From the NCBI GenBank assembly GCA_027490815.1, contig JAIXXJ010000018.1, forward strand, positions 2,595-66,594: a stretch of 64,000 nt of DNA. The letters are read 5' to 3'. The translations under genes were made by a program, and so were the position numbers. Shown here piece after piece: positions 27,554-36,600 of this stretch. The DNA is from Streptomycetaceae bacterium. Lineage in GTDB: Bacteria; Actinomycetota; Actinomycetes; Nanopelagicales; Nanopelagicaceae. The notes beneath the pieces were generated by a model, which made no database searches, was not told the DNA's origin, and saw only the letters and a list, made by a program, of their open reading frames with translations. The first letter of the stretch is position 1, and the number at the start of each line of letters is the position of its first letter.

Positions 27554-28783
27554 TCATATCCATGGGGTACTTAAGTACTCAGCCAGGGATTTAACTGCAG
27601 CAAAATAATCATTCTTATCTATATGTTCTTCAGGTGTATGGCAATTAGAGATGTCACCTGCAGCCCAATACACACAATCTATTTCCAATGCGCGCGCGAT
27701 TAATGGTGCTTCTGACCAATAAGGCGCTCCTTCAAATAGAGAAATCTCAGAATGATATGAATTAACAATCTCTTGCAGTTTTGTTAATTCTTGCGTGATG
27801 TTGCATTCAAATGGAGTACCACCAAATTTATGATCTCTAGAAGCGCTAAATGTCACATTAACTTCGGCGCCCTCGACAACCATCACGCTTTGAATAACTG
27901 CTAACAAATCTTGACCTGATTTTTCCATGGACTCTCCAGGAAGTACTTTTCGGATAAGGGAGATGTGACAGGTGCCAGGAACCGCAATCAACCCACCGGC
28001 ATTTACCTCTGTAACGAGCAAGCTAGAAGTTCCAATTAGGTCGTGCGCCAATTCGAGTTTAATCGCATCATCATGTTCCCAGAGTTTTGCCAAAATCTGG
28101 TGCCCAATTTTTAAAGCATCAATGCCTAGCTCGGGCTTACCGAAATAAGATGTTTTACCAATGATTTCAATCTCAACAATCTGAAATCCCATTTGTGCGG
28201 TATATATATTTAATTCAGTTGGTTCTAAATAAACAGCAAGGGTTGGATGTTGGGCTTTTTTCTGGACAATTGGCAAGGCTGCCTTTATGCCATTGCTTAG
28301 TCCCATTCCCAACTCTCCAGATTCTTCATCTGAGACAAACACCACGACCACACTTTTTTCGAGCTGCAAAGAGTTTTTCTTTAGAGTCGCCAATGCCTGC
28401 AATACCGTAGCTATGCCGCCTTTGACATCGCCAGCACCCCGCCCCCAAATGGCACCGTCAACTTCCGCACCAGCAAATGGATTGATTCGTGGATCGTTAC
28501 TGTTTTTCTTAGACCAGAATTGTCCCCACTCACCGGTATTCACAGTGTCAATATGAGCAAAAAGCAATAACTCCCCATCGCTATAACCTTTAAACGTGGC
28601 AATAACATTTGCACGAAAATCATCGCCCTCCTGAAGAACTACTTCATCCGCACCCAATTCAGTGAGTCTTTTTGAGAGTTCTATTGCAAGGTCTTTTTCG
28701 GAACCAGTGATGCTCGGTATTGCAATGATTTCTTGGAGTTCACTAATTGCCTTTATTTCATCAACAACTATTGAAGTCTTCAT
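27554..28783 (-). CDS. M20-family metallopeptidase/deacylase (ArgE/DapE-like)
   Basis: HIDTV, GRGAGDVKGG and VSDEESGE blocks characteristic of M20. 409 aa. Confidence 0.8.
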   Translation of the reverse strand: MKTSIVVDEIKAISELQEIIAIPSITGSEKDLAIELSKRLTELGADEVVLQEGDDFRANVIATFKGYSDGELLLFAHIDTVNTGEWGQFWSKKNSNDPRINPFAGAEVDGAIWGRGAGDVKGGIATVLQALATLKKNSLQLEKSVVVVFVSDEESGELGMGLSNGIKAALPIVQKKAQHPTLAVYLEPTELNIYTAQMGFQIVEIEIIGKTSYFGKPELGIDALKIGHQILAKLWEHDDAIKLELAHDLIGTSSLLVTEVNAGGLIAVPGTCHISLIRKVLPGESMEKSGQDLLAVIQSVMVVEGAEVNVTFSASRDHKFGGTPFECNITQELTKLQEIVNSYHSEISLFEGAPYWSEAPLIARALEIDCVYWAAGDISNCHTPEEHIDKNDYFAAVKSLAEYLSTPWI

Positions 28784-29964
28784 TTGGCACCACTTGCTGT
28801 CATCAAATTACCATGAGTCAAAACATGACCACGCATTTCAGAAAGCGCGTATGACATTGCACCAATCAATCCAGCGCGAGCACCTAAAGTCGAAATCTTC
28901 ACATTAGGTGGGTTCTTCATGGTCTTATCTAACTTTTCAACTATTTTTGTGAATAGATCCTCGCGACTGCCGATTCCGCCTCCAAGAATAATTTCACCAA
29001 GATCAAGGACACTACAAATTGCGCGTATGCCAAGAGCTATGTTATCGCCTAGCTCATTCACGATTTTTTCTGCAATTACATCTCCCTTTGAAGCACTTTC
29101 AAAAATTTCTATGAGCGTTTTCTTGCTCATGACTTGCTTCTCATATTTTTGCTCTACGGCAAATCCACCTACGAGTTTCTCGAAGTGGCCCTCTTTGCTT
29201 AGTTCATCAACATTTACTCCTAGGGGTAGATAACCAATTTCCCCGGCTCCACCATTAAAGCCTCTCCTTAGTTCGCCCTCAAGAATCAACCCCATACCAA
29301 CGCCTGTTCCTATTGCAATAAAGCCAAAATCTTCTGTCTTGGAATTTTCAAGTTCACCAAGAGCTGCAACATTGACATCATTTTCAACAAGTGTTGAAAC
29401 ATTAAATTTAGCCTGAATCAAATTACGTAAAATGAGATTATCTAGGTATTCAAGGTTTGGGGAATTTGAAATCACACCTGTTACTGGGTTAACAGCACCA
29501 GGAATACCAATGACAATCTGTGCAAGCTCGCTTACTGACACATTAGCTTTTTCGAACAATTGAGAAATTGTCTTACTCATGATCTCAAGCAACTCATCAA
29601 CACTTGAGTGTGGGGTCTGAATACTTAATTCAGCCAACACATTCCCAGAAAAATCCACTAACCCTGATCTGAAATTTGTGCCCCCAAGGTCTATTCCAAT
29701 TGCGAAGCCTGCTCGCGGTGAGAGTCGATATGTTTGCGCTCTGCGACCAATACCGCCCTCAGTAATTCCAGTTTCTTCAACTAGATGCGCGCTTTCAAGA
29801 TCTGCCATAACGGTGGAAATTGTCTGCTTGGATAATCCCGACACTCTGGAAATATGAGCTCTACTTAAATCCTTATTTGAAAAGAGCAGCTGGAGAACAG
29901 CGCCACGGGAGGAATCCGCCCCTTGGTAAACAAGACGGGGTGCTAGCCCTAGTTTGTTCGTCAT
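28780..29964 (-). CDS. ROK-family transcriptional regulator (NagC/Mlc-like)
   Basis: N-terminal winged HTH (SRAHISRVSGLSKQTISTVMADL) plus ROK sugar-kinase-like body (DLGGTN, GAGEIGY). Its stop overlaps the M20 start (ATGA). Confidence 0.85.
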   Translation of the reverse strand: MTNKLGLAPRLVYQGADSSRGAVLQLLFSNKDLSRAHISRVSGLSKQTISTVMADLESAHLVEETGITEGGIGRRAQTYRLSPRAGFAIGIDLGGTNFRSGLVDFSGNVLAELSIQTPHSSVDELLEIMSKTISQLFEKANVSVSELAQIVIGIPGAVNPVTGVISNSPNLEYLDNLILRNLIQAKFNVSTLVENDVNVAALGELENSKTEDFGFIAIGTGVGMGLILEGELRRGFNGGAGEIGYLPLGVNVDELSKEGHFEKLVGGFAVEQKYEKQVMSKKTLIEIFESASKGDVIAEKIVNELGDNIALGIRAICSVLDLGEIILGGGIGSREDLFTKIVEKLDKTMKNPPNVKISTLGARAGLIGAMSYALSEMRGHVLTHGNLMTASGAK

Positions 29965-30071
29965 GTGAACAAACTAATTGCACTTAGAGCTGGTTGTCAA
30001 GGGTCCAATTCGGACTGGGTTTGCGCTCAAATCCAGGATTTCGGAAGATTCACGGTAACACAACCAGCTAA

Positions 30072-30533
30072 CTATCCGTAGATAGTGTCTTGCTCTAAAT
30101 CATCACGGTCTGTAACAGGCGGCTCTGCCTTTCGCGCCCTCCATGCACCTGTGCACCACAGCGCCCACACCACCAATAGCGGCTGAAAGAACAAGCGCAC
30201 CAAGCGCGATGTGTCACTATCTAAACCAAATGCATCTATGCCGTTTAGATACTGAAAGATGTTGCCAGGAAAGATAGCCACAAAGAAAGCTGCAACAACC
30301 CAACCTACTTGAACGCGATATCCCCACATCCCAATAAGGGACAGACCTAAAACAATTTCAACCACCCCAGATGCCACAACAACAAAATCTGCATAATCTT
30401 TTAACACCGATGGAACCTGTGCCTGAAACTCCTGGCGGTTAGTAGTTAAATGCCCAATACCTGCATAACCAAGGGCTAACCCCAACACAACTTGTGCGGC
30501 CTTACGGATGAGTTCCATGGGGTAAGTAAACAC
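30072..30533 (-). CDS. DoxX-like integral membrane protein
   Basis: 153 aa with four hydrophobic helices. The family call is tentative and from overall look. GTG start at 30533; ATG at 30518 is an alternative. Confidence 0.5.
   Translation of the reverse strand: MFTYPMELIRKAAQVVLGLALGYAGIGHLTTNRQEFQAQVPSVLKDYADFVVVASGVVEIVLGLSLIGMWGYRVQVGWVVAAFFVAIFPGNIFQYLNGIDAFGLDSDTSRLVRLFFQPLLVVWALWCTGAWRARKAEPPVTDRDDLEQDTIYG
30073..30119. repeat. Right copy of the 47-bp direct repeat (attR-like)
   Basis: Equals the last 15 codons plus 2 nt of the stop codon of the intact doxX-like gene. Confidence 0.9.
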
Positions 30534-30569
30534 CTTGCTACAAGAGGTTCTATCCGTTTATCCTCCTTC

Positions 30570-31217
30570 ATGGGAATTTTCAAAAAAGACGATGATCCTG
30601 AGAAGGACGCAAAACGAATTGAGCGGCAAGAAAAAGCCAAAGAGTTATTTAGTAACGAGATTGGAAAAATTAAGGGCTCCTTAAAAAATCAAAAAGATTT
30701 GCTTCTTCAGGCACACTCTGGTCTGTACGTTGACGTTTCACCGCAGAAATTATTTCAAGTCGCATTAATCGTGGGAGCTGACCGTAAATACTCGATAACT
30801 TTTATTGATAAACCAAGTTACACCGTAACTTTTCAAACAAATAAAGGTGAAAAATTTTGGGACGGCACTTTAAGCTGCGTAATAATTGAGATGGATGATG
30901 GATCGCGAATTAGCGTCACAGGTAATGCAGAACAAGGTTCAACAACAAGTGGATTTAGTCCGTTGCAGTGGTCACCCGTGCAGCAAGGTGTATCAGAAGG
31001 GGCTGTTCAGGGTGAAATAGGGTTATTGAAACTGGCAATAGCTAAACAAGTTCTCATCACGCCAGAGCCTCGGCAGGAATATCCTCGGGAAATAAATAAT
31101 TTAATAAACACAGTGTCTGATATTCCAAATCAAATCCGACAGTTAAAGGAACTTCATGATTCTGGAGTGCTGAGTGCTGAAGAGTTTGAAAAGGCTAAAG
31201 CCAAACTACTGGGATAA
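30570..31217 (+). CDS. SHOCT-domain protein
   Basis: C-terminal LKELHDSGVLSAEEFEKAKAKLLG is the SHOCT short C-terminal domain. Start set at ATG 30570 because the TTG-extended track ORF overlaps the divergent doxX-like start. Confidence 0.6.
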   Translation: MGIFKKDDDPEKDAKRIERQEKAKELFSNEIGKIKGSLKNQKDLLLQAHSGLYVDVSPQKLFQVALIVGADRKYSITFIDKPSYTVTFQTNKGEKFWDGTLSCVIIEMDDGSRISVTGNAEQGSTTSGFSPLQWSPVQQGVSEGAVQGEIGLLKLAIAKQVLITPEPRQEYPREINNLINTVSDIPNQIRQLKELHDSGVLSAEEFEKAKAKLLG

Positions 31218-31342
31218 ATGCAGAAAGGAAAAAGCTTCTTCTGTGAAGGTTTGGTGTGTTTGCAGTATGGTCTTTGATTGTCACTGTCTGTTAACTCTTA
31301 ATCAGCGGATCACTTGTCACCCCCCTCCCCTACATTCCACGC

Positions 31343-31564
31343 ATGAGCACAAAACGACCTAGGCGATCTATCAATCTTTTGGTGTGCCCTTCATGCCAGC
31401 AGATAGGTGTTCTAAGAAAGATTGTCTATGGGATGCCAGATCCAGAGATCTTTGACTTTGAAAAGTTTGCAGTTGGTGGGTGTTGTGGCAGCCCTGATGG
31501 AATCGATCCAGATGTCAGGTGCAGGCAATGTGATTGGGAAGGCTTTAGGGATTCGTTGGAGTAA
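31343..31564 (+). CDS. Cys-rich small protein (zinc-ribbon-like), unknown function
   Basis: 73 aa with CPSC...GGCCG...CRQC spacing. Confidence 0.5.
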   Translation: MSTKRPRRSINLLVCPSCQQIGVLRKIVYGMPDPEIFDFEKFAVGGCCGSPDGIDPDVRCRQCDWEGFRDSLE

Positions 31565-31595
31565 GTAGGTGTGTTGAAGTAGTGCCCAGGGCTAT

Positions 31596-32381
31596 TTGTC
31601 AGTGGATCTCCATAGCCTTCTACCTATGAGAGAAACAGATTCCAATAAGTTCATTGCCTACCTAGCAATCATTGCAACACCCTTTGCATTGGGTGCATTT
31701 TTACTGAGCTGGGCTCCATCTATGCAATATTCAAATGAGGATCCAGCAGGTGATGGTTTTGTTCCCCCTCGCAGTATTGAACGGCTAGTTGATACAACGC
31801 AGGCATCAACAGTGACTGTGTTTTGTACGCCAAAAGCTGGAAAGGCATCACAGGGAACTGCTTGGGCAATTGAGTTAGAAACTGATGTCTCTAAGGAATA
31901 TCCAACAACATTGATTACTAATCACCATGTTATTGAAGATTGCATAGGTGTTGAATCAGAAGTAACGATTAATCTTTTATATAAAGATAAAATCAAAGCG
32001 GTTATCGTTAAGTGGGATAAAGAGAATGACTTAGCGGTGTTGGCGACAACTAAAAAGCTGCCTGTGCTTGAATTGTCAGAAAACATCCCGTGGCCTGGAT
32101 ATTGGGTTATGGCACTTGGAAGTGCCGATGGGTATGAAGGATCTATCGCCTTTGGAAATGTTTTGAACCTGATCTATAACGATATTTTAATTACCAACAA
32201 TGTTTCCGGTGGAAATAGTGGGGGCCCATTGGTTGACAACGAAGGAGTTGTTGTTGGCATAGTCTCTTGGAGTAAAGATATCGAGCAATACAACGGGGCC
32301 AAATCACTTGATGCTTTCTGCGCAAAGATCTTGGATTGTAAGTATGAAACAGATGGTGAAAAGACGTGGTGGGAATACTAG
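31596..32381 (+). CDS. Membrane-anchored trypsin-like serine protease (S1 family)
   Basis: TM helix (FIAYLAIIATPFALGAFLL). Triad candidates TNHHV (His), ENDLAVL (Asp) and GNSGGPLV (Ser). Confidence 0.75.
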   Translation: MSVDLHSLLPMRETDSNKFIAYLAIIATPFALGAFLLSWAPSMQYSNEDPAGDGFVPPRSIERLVDTTQASTVTVFCTPKAGKASQGTAWAIELETDVSKEYPTTLITNHHVIEDCIGVESEVTINLLYKDKIKAVIVKWDKENDLAVLATTKKLPVLELSENIPWPGYWVMALGSADGYEGSIAFGNVLNLIYNDILITNNVSGGNSGGPLVDNEGVVVGIVSWSKDIEQYNGAKSLDAFCAKILDCKYETDGEKTWWEY

Positions 32382-32394
32382 AACTAGATTTTAA

Positions 32395-33207
32395 CTACCT
32401 AACCTCATCCTGGGCCCGGCTTAATCGCTGTGAGATATAGACAGGGATGAGCGAAATTAATATAACGAGCGTTGCAACTACGTTGACCACGCTTGCCTGA
32501 TTAGGTCTAGACATCTCTTTAAGGATCCACAGCGGCAATGTGTCAACACCAGGTGGTGCGGTGAAGATAGTTACTACTACTTCATCAAAGCTAAGAGCAA
32601 AAGCTAATAAGGCGCCGGCAACAAAGGCGGTTCTAAACTGTGGAAAGGTTACTAATCTAAAGGTTTGCCATAGTCCTGCACCTAAATCTGCCGATGCTTC
32701 TTGGAGTGAAGGGTTCATTCGCTTCAGGCGTGCAAATACATTGTTAAAGACCATCACAATACAAAATGTTGCGTGGGCAACGATCATGCCAAAGTAGCCA
32801 ATATTAAAACCTGCAGGAGATAAGAAAGTATTGTATGTATTACTAAATGCCACACCTGTAACAACTCCAGGTAGGGCAATTGGCAGGACTACCAAAAGAT
32901 TTACTGTGCCCTTACCAAAGAAATCAAAGCCTTTGAGTGCAAAAGCAACTAACGTGCCCAAAAAGGCAGCGATAAGAGTGGAGCCTGCTGCAACGATGAT
33001 TGAGTTAAGTAGGGCAGTTCTGATGGGTTGATAGGTTGCGGCAAATTGCCACCAATCAAATGAGAAGGCTGCAATCGGCCAGCTAGAGATATTTGATTTG
33101 TTAAACGAGTTTAAAATCAGCACTAACAGCGGAACATACATAAAGATCAAAATGAAAGTAACGATGGCAATTAAGGCAATTTTGCTAGCTCTAGAAAGTC
33201 GCAACAT
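32395..33207 (-). CDS. Polyamine-type ABC transporter permease (PotC-like)
   Basis: 270 aa, six TM segments. Operon with PotA/B/D-like genes. Confidence 0.85.
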   Translation of the reverse strand: MLRLSRASKIALIAIVTFILIFMYVPLLVLILNSFNKSNISSWPIAAFSFDWWQFAATYQPIRTALLNSIIVAAGSTLIAAFLGTLVAFALKGFDFFGKGTVNLLVVLPIALPGVVTGVAFSNTYNTFLSPAGFNIGYFGMIVAHATFCIVMVFNNVFARLKRMNPSLQEASADLGAGLWQTFRLVTFPQFRTAFVAGALLAFALSFDEVVVTIFTAPPGVDTLPLWILKEMSRPNQASVVNVVATLVILISLIPVYISQRLSRAQDEVR

Positions 33208-33209
33208 AA

Positions 33210-34097
33210 TTACATCCGCTCCAAAGAACCTGTGCGGCGTGCGACCATGAGATAGATAAGTACAAATGCGATTGGCACCATAGAAAAGGCAGCTGCAACC
33301 GGAGGGTTCAGGTTAATGTTTGAAGCAATGATCGAGCCGATCATCTGTGTGGAGCCGCCGGTGAACTTTGCTACTAAGTAGTCACCAAGGCTTAAAGAGA
33401 ATGTGAAGACTGAGCCGGCGATTATCGCCGGAACGATTAATGGCAAAACTACGCGATAGATGGTGGTGAAACCTTTAGCGCCCATATCACTTGATGCATC
33501 AAAAAGATTGGGCGGGATTTGGCGGATTGCGGTGTAGACAGGCAAGGCCATATAAGGAAACCAGAGATAGGTAAGCGTCAGAATAACTAGCGGAATAGAA
33601 AAAGTAGGTCCAGATATACCAATAGGTGCAAGGGCCCAGTTAAAAAATCCTTCTTCTGTAAAGACCAAGCGCATTGCGATGATTTTTACTAAATAGCCAG
33701 CCCATAGCGGCAGTGTGATTGCAACAGCTAATGCGTTTCTAACCCACGGGCGAGCAATCTTTGCCATGTAGATACCCAACGGAACAGCAAATAGAACTGA
33801 AACAGCAGTGACAGCTAATGCAATCAAAAGCGTTCTAATTGAGGTTGATAAATAGGCAGGGACTGTAAAGATGGAAATAAAGTTATCGAGTGTGAAGCCC
33901 GGAATTACCTTTGATGTGAAGGGATCAACAAACCAAAAAGCGGTAATCAAAAGTAGGAAAAGAGAAAGAATGTAGACGCCCACGATCCAAAACATTGGCA
34001 GAGCAATTAATCCAAATAATCTCAATTTGGCGCGCTTATACAAATAGGCAGAGATAGGCCTGCTGCCGGCATTTGTTGTTTGCGTGCTCATCTTCAC
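33210..34097 (-). CDS. Polyamine-type ABC transporter permease (PotB-like)
   Basis: 295 aa, six TM segments. Operon context. Confidence 0.85.
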   Translation of the reverse strand: MKMSTQTTNAGSRPISAYLYKRAKLRLFGLIALPMFWIVGVYILSLFLLLITAFWFVDPFTSKVIPGFTLDNFISIFTVPAYLSTSIRTLLIALAVTAVSVLFAVPLGIYMAKIARPWVRNALAVAITLPLWAGYLVKIIAMRLVFTEEGFFNWALAPIGISGPTFSIPLVILTLTYLWFPYMALPVYTAIRQIPPNLFDASSDMGAKGFTTIYRVVLPLIVPAIIAGSVFTFSLSLGDYLVAKFTGGSTQMIGSIIASNINLNPPVAAAFSMVPIAFVLIYLMVARRTGSLERM

Positions 34098-34129
34098 CTA
34101 ACTGTGTCTATCTTGTTTTTGTTGTGGAT

Positions 34130-34169
34130 AGAGAATGTGGGGATCTATTTCTAAATCCCCACATTCTCT
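34130..34169 (-). promoter_or_regulatory. Intercistronic stem-loop after the SBP gene
   Basis: AGAGAATGTGGGGAT-(10 nt loop)-ATCCCCACATTCTCT: perfect 15-bp stem. Confidence 0.6.
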
Positions 34170-34193
34170 TTCTACTTGTTATGGCCTTACTGG

Positions 34194-35363
34194 TTAACCC
34201 TTTATGGTTGCCCAAGCATTAGTCCATTCCTGGAAGCTGGTGCACTCAACGTCCTTGCGACCATCAACACAGGTTGAAATTGGAGTTGTCCAAGGCCAGA
34301 TTCTCTTGAAGAACTCTTCATCTTCGGCTGCAAACTCATCACAGTGAGCTTGTGCTTCGGCGCTTGACTTACAGAAGGCAATATTTGCAGGTGCCATACC
34401 GAAGTTCATTGCGATTGCGCCGTTAACGGATGCAGTACTTGTGTAATCCATCCATGCGTATGAACAGTTAATGTTCTTAGTCTTTGAGCTAACCAACCAA
34501 GAGTCATACCAACCAGTTGAACCTTCTACTGGAAGTGTGGTCTTGAGGTTTGGCTTAGCTGCAAACTTGCGAAGAATTTCCCAAGATGTGCCGACAACAG
34601 TGTTGCCACCAGCAAATGAGGTGATCTGCGCAACTGCATCTGACCAGTACTCGCCAACAATTGTGTTCTGTTGCTTGAGCAATGCGATTGCAGCATCTAG
34701 TTGTGCTTTATCTAGAGCATATGGATTCTTAATTCCTAGCTCTGGCTTGTGATACATCAAGTACACAGCAGCATCTGCGATGTAGATAGGTGCGTCATAA
34801 GCTGTGATCTTGCCCTTGTATGGGCTATTTGTTTCCCAAACAACATCCCAGCTCTTTGGAGCACCCTTTGTTACATCATCGTTGTACTGAAGTAGGTTTG
34901 CTCCACGGCCGATTGGAACACCGTATGGCTTGCCATTTACAGTGTCATAGATGTTATTGCGCATTCCTGTTGCAATCTCATCGCTAAAGTTTGGAATCAA
35001 GTCAACGTTAAGTGGCTGAACATCTCCACCTACGATTAAACGTAGTGCAGCATCACCTGATGCGGAAACAATGTCGTATTGACCTGTGCGCATCAAAGTA
35101 ACCATTTCATCACTTGTTCCAGCTGTGCGAGACTTAACGATGCAACCGGTATCTGCTTCGAACTTATCGGTCCACTTAGGATCGACGAATCCAGCCCAGT
35201 TAACAATGTTTACTTCGCCTTCAAATTCACCCATTGATTCATGCATAGGAATATCTGGCACTTCAATCTTCACGCCAGATGCGTCACCACTTGATGAGCA
35301 GCCAGAGAGAATTAAGGCCGATACTGCTAGCAGACTAAATGCGGATAGCTTCTTGCCTTTCAT
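34194..35363 (-). CDS. Polyamine-type ABC substrate-binding lipoprotein (PotD/PotF-like)
   Basis: Lipobox LSGCSSS. PotD/F-like SBP length and context. Confidence 0.85.
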   Translation of the reverse strand: MKGKKLSAFSLLAVSALILSGCSSSGDASGVKIEVPDIPMHESMGEFEGEVNIVNWAGFVDPKWTDKFEADTGCIVKSRTAGTSDEMVTLMRTGQYDIVSASGDAALRLIVGGDVQPLNVDLIPNFSDEIATGMRNNIYDTVNGKPYGVPIGRGANLLQYNDDVTKGAPKSWDVVWETNSPYKGKITAYDAPIYIADAAVYLMYHKPELGIKNPYALDKAQLDAAIALLKQQNTIVGEYWSDAVAQITSFAGGNTVVGTSWEILRKFAAKPNLKTTLPVEGSTGWYDSWLVSSKTKNINCSYAWMDYTSTASVNGAIAMNFGMAPANIAFCKSSAEAQAHCDEFAAEDEEFFKRIWPWTTPISTCVDGRKDVECTSFQEWTNAWATIKG

Positions 35364-35397
35364 TTAACTTCCTTTCGCCTGACTATTTCTAGTCATA

Positions 35398-36426
35398 TTA
35401 GGTAGGTATCACTGCCGAGTGGTCGCTTTTCCAAACGGCACCGACCCGATCACCAGTTCTAAATCGGTTGATTTGATCTGGTAATTCTTCATTTATTCTG
35501 GTGGCAACAACTCTGTGCCCAGATTGAGTTTGGATTAAAAAGATTGTGGTGGCGCCAATATAGGAAGCCTCAATAATTGTTCCGACTACTCCTGATTCAT
35601 CACCCTTGAGCGGGGTATCTGCTGGTACTAATTTGATCCGCTCAGGCCTGACATTGACCATCGTTGAAGCGCCAAAAATCTCTTGGGCGCTTTGACCTGA
35701 AAATATATTTGAAACACCTAAGAAGCTAGCCACAAATTTAGTTTGTGGTCTCTCATAGACCTCTTGAGGGGTGCCAATCTGTTCGATAGAGCCTTCGTTA
35801 AAGACAGCAATGCGATCACTCATTCGCATTGCTTCTTCTTGATCGTGGGTAACAAAGATAAAAGTAATTCCAGCCTCACGCTGAATGCGCTTTAACTCAA
35901 CCTGCATCTCTTCACGTAACTGCTTATCTAGCGCACCCAGTGGTTCATCGAGGAGCAATACCTTTGGTCTAAGCACTAGGGCTCTTGCAAGTGCAATGCG
36001 TTGGCGCTGCCCACCTGATAGTTGGTGGGGCAAGCGCTGAGATAAGTGTGAGAGCTTTACTGAATCAATTGCTTCTAACGCTTGCTTTGCTCGCACTGGC
36101 TTTGAGACTTTTCTTGTGCGAAGACCATACTCAACATTGTCTTGAATGCTCATGTGAGGAAAGAGTGCGTAATCCTGGAAAACTGTATTTACTGGGCGAT
36201 CAAATGGTGCCAGGTCTGTAACATCTTGTGACTCAATTGAAATTGTGCCAGAGCTAGCACTCTCAAAACCTGCGATCAAGCGAAGAACAGTTGTCTTGCC
36301 AGAACCTGATGGGCCGAGCATTGAAAAAAATTCACCAGCGTGAACATCTAAATCTAAATTAGCAACAGCGTGAACGTCATCAAAGAATTTATTGACGCCG
36401 CGAAGTGAGACAAAAGCTTGGCTCAA
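35398..36426 (-). CDS. Polyamine-type ABC transporter ATP-binding protein (PotA-like)
   Basis: Walker A GPSGSGKTT, signature LSGGQRQRIALARAL, Walker B LLLDEP. TTG start. Confidence 0.9.
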   Translation of the reverse strand: MSQAFVSLRGVNKFFDDVHAVANLDLDVHAGEFFSMLGPSGSGKTTVLRLIAGFESASSGTISIESQDVTDLAPFDRPVNTVFQDYALFPHMSIQDNVEYGLRTRKVSKPVRAKQALEAIDSVKLSHLSQRLPHQLSGGQRQRIALARALVLRPKVLLLDEPLGALDKQLREEMQVELKRIQREAGITFIFVTHDQEEAMRMSDRIAVFNEGSIEQIGTPQEVYERPQTKFVASFLGVSNIFSGQSAQEIFGASTMVNVRPERIKLVPADTPLKGDESGVVGTIIEASYIGATTIFLIQTQSGHRVVATRINEELPDQINRFRTGDRVGAVWKSDHSAVIPT

Positions 36427-36600
36427 GACCTAGACCCCTTAACCCTGATCAGTGATTTGGGTGAGCGTATTACACGCGCCCCGAGATTTCACTAGAAGTC
36501 CCCATAAATCCTTCAGGGCTCCATGTCTTTGGGGGTCTGGCGATCTTTTTCTCCCTTTCAGACCTGGGTGGTCGCGGGCGATCTGGTCTAATCTCAAGAG

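Larger units (their letters stand above)
22283..30119 (-). mobile_element. Putative integrated genomic islet (repeat-bounded, AT-rich, no recombinase seen)
   Basis: Direct repeats 7790 bp apart. A single co-directional seven-gene operon lies between them. Spot GC counts inside are 18-23 per 60 nt, versus 33-39 per 60 nt just outside. Confidence 0.45.

Noticed and set aside
30492-30569. N-terminal extension of the SHOCT-protein ORF (TTG start at 30492).
   Set aside because: The extension overlaps the 5' end of the divergent doxX-like gene and reads as non-protein-like sequence. ATG at 30570 is preferred.
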